Shown here in pieces: positions 60,978-64,000 of a stretch of 64,000 nt of DNA; within the stretch, counting starts at the first letter, position 1; every line of letters starts with the position of its first letter. The notes under the pieces are model-generated. The model did not search any database. It worked only from the letters and a program-made list of their open reading frames with translations, and was not told the DNA's origin. A program made the position numbers and the translations under genes. Source of the DNA: an uncultured Campylobacter sp. (lineage in GTDB: Bacteria > Campylobacterota > Campylobacteria > Campylobacterales > Campylobacteraceae); assembly GCA_963528045.1 (NCBI GenBank), contig CAURUA010000002.1, forward strand, positions 1,116-65,115. Reading direction: 5' to 3'.

Positions 60978-62491
60978 ATTTCGCTCCTTATGCGAAAGCT
61001 AAGAGCCTCCAAAATATGCGCCTTGGCGATGATCTCAGCGCCTGCTAGATCGGCGATAGTGCGCGCAAGCTTTAGCGTCTTATTCACGCCGCGCTGCGAA
61101 AGGTCGTAGCGGGTGATCGCCGTTTGCAAAATATCCCGCGCAGCGCTTTCGCAGATACAAAATTTTTCAGTCTCCTCGTCGCGCAGCTTTGCGTTTAGCT
61201 CGCTCTGCCCTCGACCCTTTTGTGCGCGAAACGCCAGTAGCACCGCATCCGCCATCTCTTCGCTGCAAACGTCGCTTCTGTCGTCCGCACCGGTCTCGTC
61301 CATCGCGACGTATATGTCGATGCGATCAAGCAGCGGCGCGGAGATCGTGTTTTTGTAACGCCTGATGTCGTTTAGCGAGCAGGTGCAGGTTAGGTTTTTA
61401 GAGAATAGATTTCCGCACGGGCAGGGGTTTTGCGCCGCGACGAAGATAAATTTTGTTTGGTATTCGACCTTGGAATTTACGCGCGAAATCAAAATTCTAT
61501 TATCTTCTAACGGCTCGCGCAGGCTTTCTAAAATTTGCTTGCCGAAGTGCGGCAGCTCGTCGAAAAACAGTTCGCCGCCGTTTGCGAGCGCGACCTCGCC
61601 GATCTTTGCGCCGCTACTGCCGCCGCCGAAAATGGAGCTGCGCGTGCTGGTGTGGTGCGGCGAGCGGAAGGGGCGCAGCGCGCTGAAATCAACGTCTTTG
61701 TTATTTAGCGACTCGTAGGCGCACGAGAGCAGCACTTCGCCTAGGCTCTGCGGAGGCAGAATTCTGGCTATCCGCTTGGCGCACATGCTTTTGCCGCAAC
61801 CCGGGCTGCCCTCAAAGAGGATGTTGTGCATGCCGCACGCGGCGATCAGGCTCGCGCGCTTGGCACGCTTTTGCCCTTTTACGTCTTTGAAATCAAGCGA
61901 AAAATCGCGGTTGGGGACGTAAGCTTGCCCGTCAATTTCCACGACGTTTTTAAAAAGCGGATGGGTTTCTCGCATGAGCCTGCTTGCGGCGAACTCTTCA
62001 TCTAAAAAAAATCTGACCGCATCGCTTAGGCTACTCACCGCATAAACGTCGTAGTTTGGGATCGTGCAGGCCTTTAGAGCAATGCTTTGCGGCACTAAAA
62101 TTTTAGCGCGCTTCACCTTCGTGCTTAAAAAAAGCAGGATCGAAAAGAGGCTCGCCGTGCTCTTTAAGCTGCCGTCTAAACCGAGCTCGCCGAAGACGAA
62201 GAAATCGCCGTCGATGCGCTCTTTTTGCAGCGCGATTAGAAGCGCGATCGCAAGATCGAAGTGCGAGCCGTTTTTGGGCGTGTCGGAGGGGGAGAGATTT
62301 ATGATGATTTTGGATGCGGGAAATTTAAAATTTAGGCTCACAAGCGCCGCTTTTACGCGGCTTTCACTCTCTTTTATCGTAGCGCCCGCAAGACCGACGA
62401 TATTAAATCCCGGCAGCCCCCGCACGAATGTCGACTCGACCTCTACGGGGATCAGTGCATCCGTGAAGGCAGCGCATTTTAGGGATTTCAT
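60974..62491 (-). CDS. comM: YifB/ComM Mg-chelatase-like AAA+ ATPase
   Basis: INLSPSD..K.GSHFDLAIA, GSPGCGKS, PFRSPHHT, FDELPHF, NPCPCG. Confidence 0.92.
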   Translation of the reverse strand: MKSLKCAAFTDALIPVEVESTFVRGLPGFNIVGLAGATIKESESRVKAALVSLNFKFPASKIIINLSPSDTPKNGSHFDLAIALLIALQKERIDGDFFVFGELGLDGSLKSTASLFSILLFLSTKVKRAKILVPQSIALKACTIPNYDVYAVSSLSDAVRFFLDEEFAASRLMRETHPLFKNVVEIDGQAYVPNRDFSLDFKDVKGQKRAKRASLIAACGMHNILFEGSPGCGKSMCAKRIARILPPQSLGEVLLSCAYESLNNKDVDFSALRPFRSPHHTSTRSSIFGGGSSGAKIGEVALANGGELFFDELPHFGKQILESLREPLEDNRILISRVNSKVEYQTKFIFVAAQNPCPCGNLFSKNLTCTCSLNDIRRYKNTISAPLLDRIDIYVAMDETGADDRSDVCSEEMADAVLLAFRAQKGRGQSELNAKLRDEETEKFCICESAARDILQTAITRYDLSQRGVNKTLKLARTIADLAGAEIIAKAHILEALSFRIRSEI

Positions 62492-63006
62492 TTCGATTTT
62501 TCTTTTAGACTTTTTTTGAATTCTTTATCAAATTTTTTGCGTTTATTGTATCCGATGCGCTCGATGAAAAGATGTCCGTCGAGGTGGTCCATCTCGTGCT
62601 GGATACAGACGGCTAGCAGCTCGCTGGCGTCCATTTGGCGGGTATTGCCGGCGCGGTCTTGAAACTGCACCGTGATAAATTCGGCGCGCGTGACGTCCTC
62701 ATAAAAGCCGGGCACCGACAGGCAGCCCTCCTGAAATACGACCTCGCCCTCCTTTTTTAAAATTTGCGGATTGATGATCTCGATGAGGTCTTTTTTGTCT
62801 TGGATTTTTTCCTCATTGGCTAAATTTATGATCAAAGCGCGCACGGGCCTGCCTATCTGGATGGCGGCAAGGCCTATGCCGTTTTTTGCGATCATCGTCT
62901 CATACATATCATCCAAAAGCTCGCCCAGCGCCGCGTCGAATTTCACGACCTCGGTCGATCTTTGATAAAGCTTTTTATTCGGATAGGTAAGGACGTCCAG
63001 GATCAT
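62488..63006 (-). CDS. def: Peptide deformylase
   Basis: GIGLAAIQ, EGCLS, QHEMDHL. Confidence 0.97.
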   Translation of the reverse strand: MILDVLTYPNKKLYQRSTEVVKFDAALGELLDDMYETMIAKNGIGLAAIQIGRPVRALIINLANEEKIQDKKDLIEIINPQILKKEGEVVFQEGCLSVPGFYEDVTRAEFITVQFQDRAGNTRQMDASELLAVCIQHEMDHLDGHLFIERIGYNKRKKFDKEFKKSLKEKSK

Positions 63007-63594
63007 CTATTTAAAGCTCTTTTGAAGTACTTGATCGATCAGTCCGTATTGCACGGCATCCTCGGCGCTCATAAAAAAGTCGCGATCGGTGTCCTTTTCG
63101 ACCTGCGCAAGATCTTTGCCGGAATTTTGCGAAAGGATGTTGTTTAGAATTTCTTTCATTCGTAAAATTTCTTTGGCTTGAATCTCGATGTCGGTAGCCT
63201 GGCCTTGCGCGCCGCCGAGTGGCTGGTGGATCATTATGCGCGAGTTTGGAAGCGCGTAACGTTTGCCTTTGGCTCCGCAGCTTAGCAAAAACGCTCCCAT
63301 CGACGCCGCTTGACCGATGCAGATCGTGCTTACGTCGGGTTTGATGTAATTCATCGTGTCATAAATGCTAAATCCGCTCGTAACCACGCCGCCAGGGGAG
63401 TTGATGTATAGATAGATATCCTTATCCGGATCCTCCGCCTCCAAAAACAGAAGCTGCGCGACGATCGAGCTTGCTACCGCGTCGTCGATCTCGCCGCTAA
63501 GCATTACGATACGGTCTTTTAGCAGCCTCGAGTAGATGTCGTAGCTGCGCTCTCCGCGACTAGTTTGTTCGATAACGTAAGGAATCACCATCAT
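63007..63594 (-). CDS. clpP: ATP-dependent Clp protease proteolytic subunit
   Basis: [28 protein letters not shown]. Confidence 0.98.
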   Translation of the reverse strand: MMVIPYVIEQTSRGERSYDIYSRLLKDRIVMLSGEIDDAVASSIVAQLLFLEAEDPDKDIYLYINSPGGVVTSGFSIYDTMNYIKPDVSTICIGQAASMGAFLLSCGAKGKRYALPNSRIMIHQPLGGAQGQATDIEIQAKEILRMKEILNNILSQNSGKDLAQVEKDTDRDFFMSAEDAVQYGLIDQVLQKSFK

Positions 63595-64000
63595 TCGCCT
63601 TTCTCTTCACCACTCTTTTTGCCTTGCTTCGTGAAGATGTCGTTAAATAGCTTCTCCTCTATAAGTGCCATCTTAACGGCCGGCAGCATGCCGTTGTTGC
63701 GGTATCTATTTAGATGCTCCTTCGGATCGGCGCCGTAGGTGTAGGCCTCCATATAGACCGCTTGGACGAGCTCCTGATCGCTCACATCGATATTGCGTTT
63801 TTTGGCTAGCTCGTCGATTAGGAATGTCAGTTTGACGCTGTTTTCGGCAGCCTTTCTAAACTCTTCGCGCTTTTTATCCAGGGCGTCTTTGTTGTTTTTA
63901 AATTCCTCGATCTGCTCCTTTGAAAAGCCACTCCAGGCGTTGTTAAATTGCAAATTAATCTCCTGCTCGACGATCGCTTTTGGAAGCGCGAAGTTAAATT
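63591..64000 (-). CDS. tig: Trigger factor, C-terminal part (5' end outside window)
   Basis: [16 protein letters not shown]...[13 protein letters not shown], directly upstream of clpP; frame open to the window edge. Confidence 0.85.
   Translation of the reverse strand, partial: FNFALPKAIVEQEINLQFNNAWSGFSKEQIEEFKNNKDALDKKREEFRKAAENSVKLTFLIDELAKKRNIDVSDQELVQAVYMEAYTYGADPKEHLNRYRNNGMLPAVKMALIEEKLFNDIFTKQGKKSGEEKGE

Overview
Campylobacter-like chromosomal window (inferred from gene content, extended -10 TGnTATAAT promoters and very frequent RAATTY sites). Housekeeping genes (molybdopterin reductase, moaC, amino-acid ABC operon, purB, rlmN, hisF, rsmA, rnj, kdsD, purN, nnr, comM, def, clpP, tig) surround an ~18.5 kb CRISPR-Cas island next to a tRNA(CAT). 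The island holds cas6, an RT-Cas1 fusion, cas2, a leader and a 15-repeat array, then two unexplained lipoprotein genes and a degenerate repeat-spacer-repeat unit. These are followed by a type III-D-like effector module (HD-less Cas10, Cas7, Cas5 with a Cas11-like tail, Cas7-Cas7, Csx19-like, Cas7-insertion), a doubly broken TM-CARF gene, a CARF-HEPN nuclease, a Csx20-like protein and a WYL regulator. The most unusual signal is a conserved 45-bp promoter (YTGACAGAATYTGACA-N11-TATAAT) that occurs twice. Each copy follows a degenerate CRISPR repeat-spacer-half-repeat and precedes genes for exported proteins, which suggests an envelope-protein arm of the locus, possibly controlled by the WYL protein. 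Outside the island there is a candidate anti-Shine-Dalgarno sRNA upstream of moaC, a poly-G promoter tract ahead of an outer-membrane protein gene, and a frameshifted yoeB toxin. All protein calls come from motif recognition; no database search was run.
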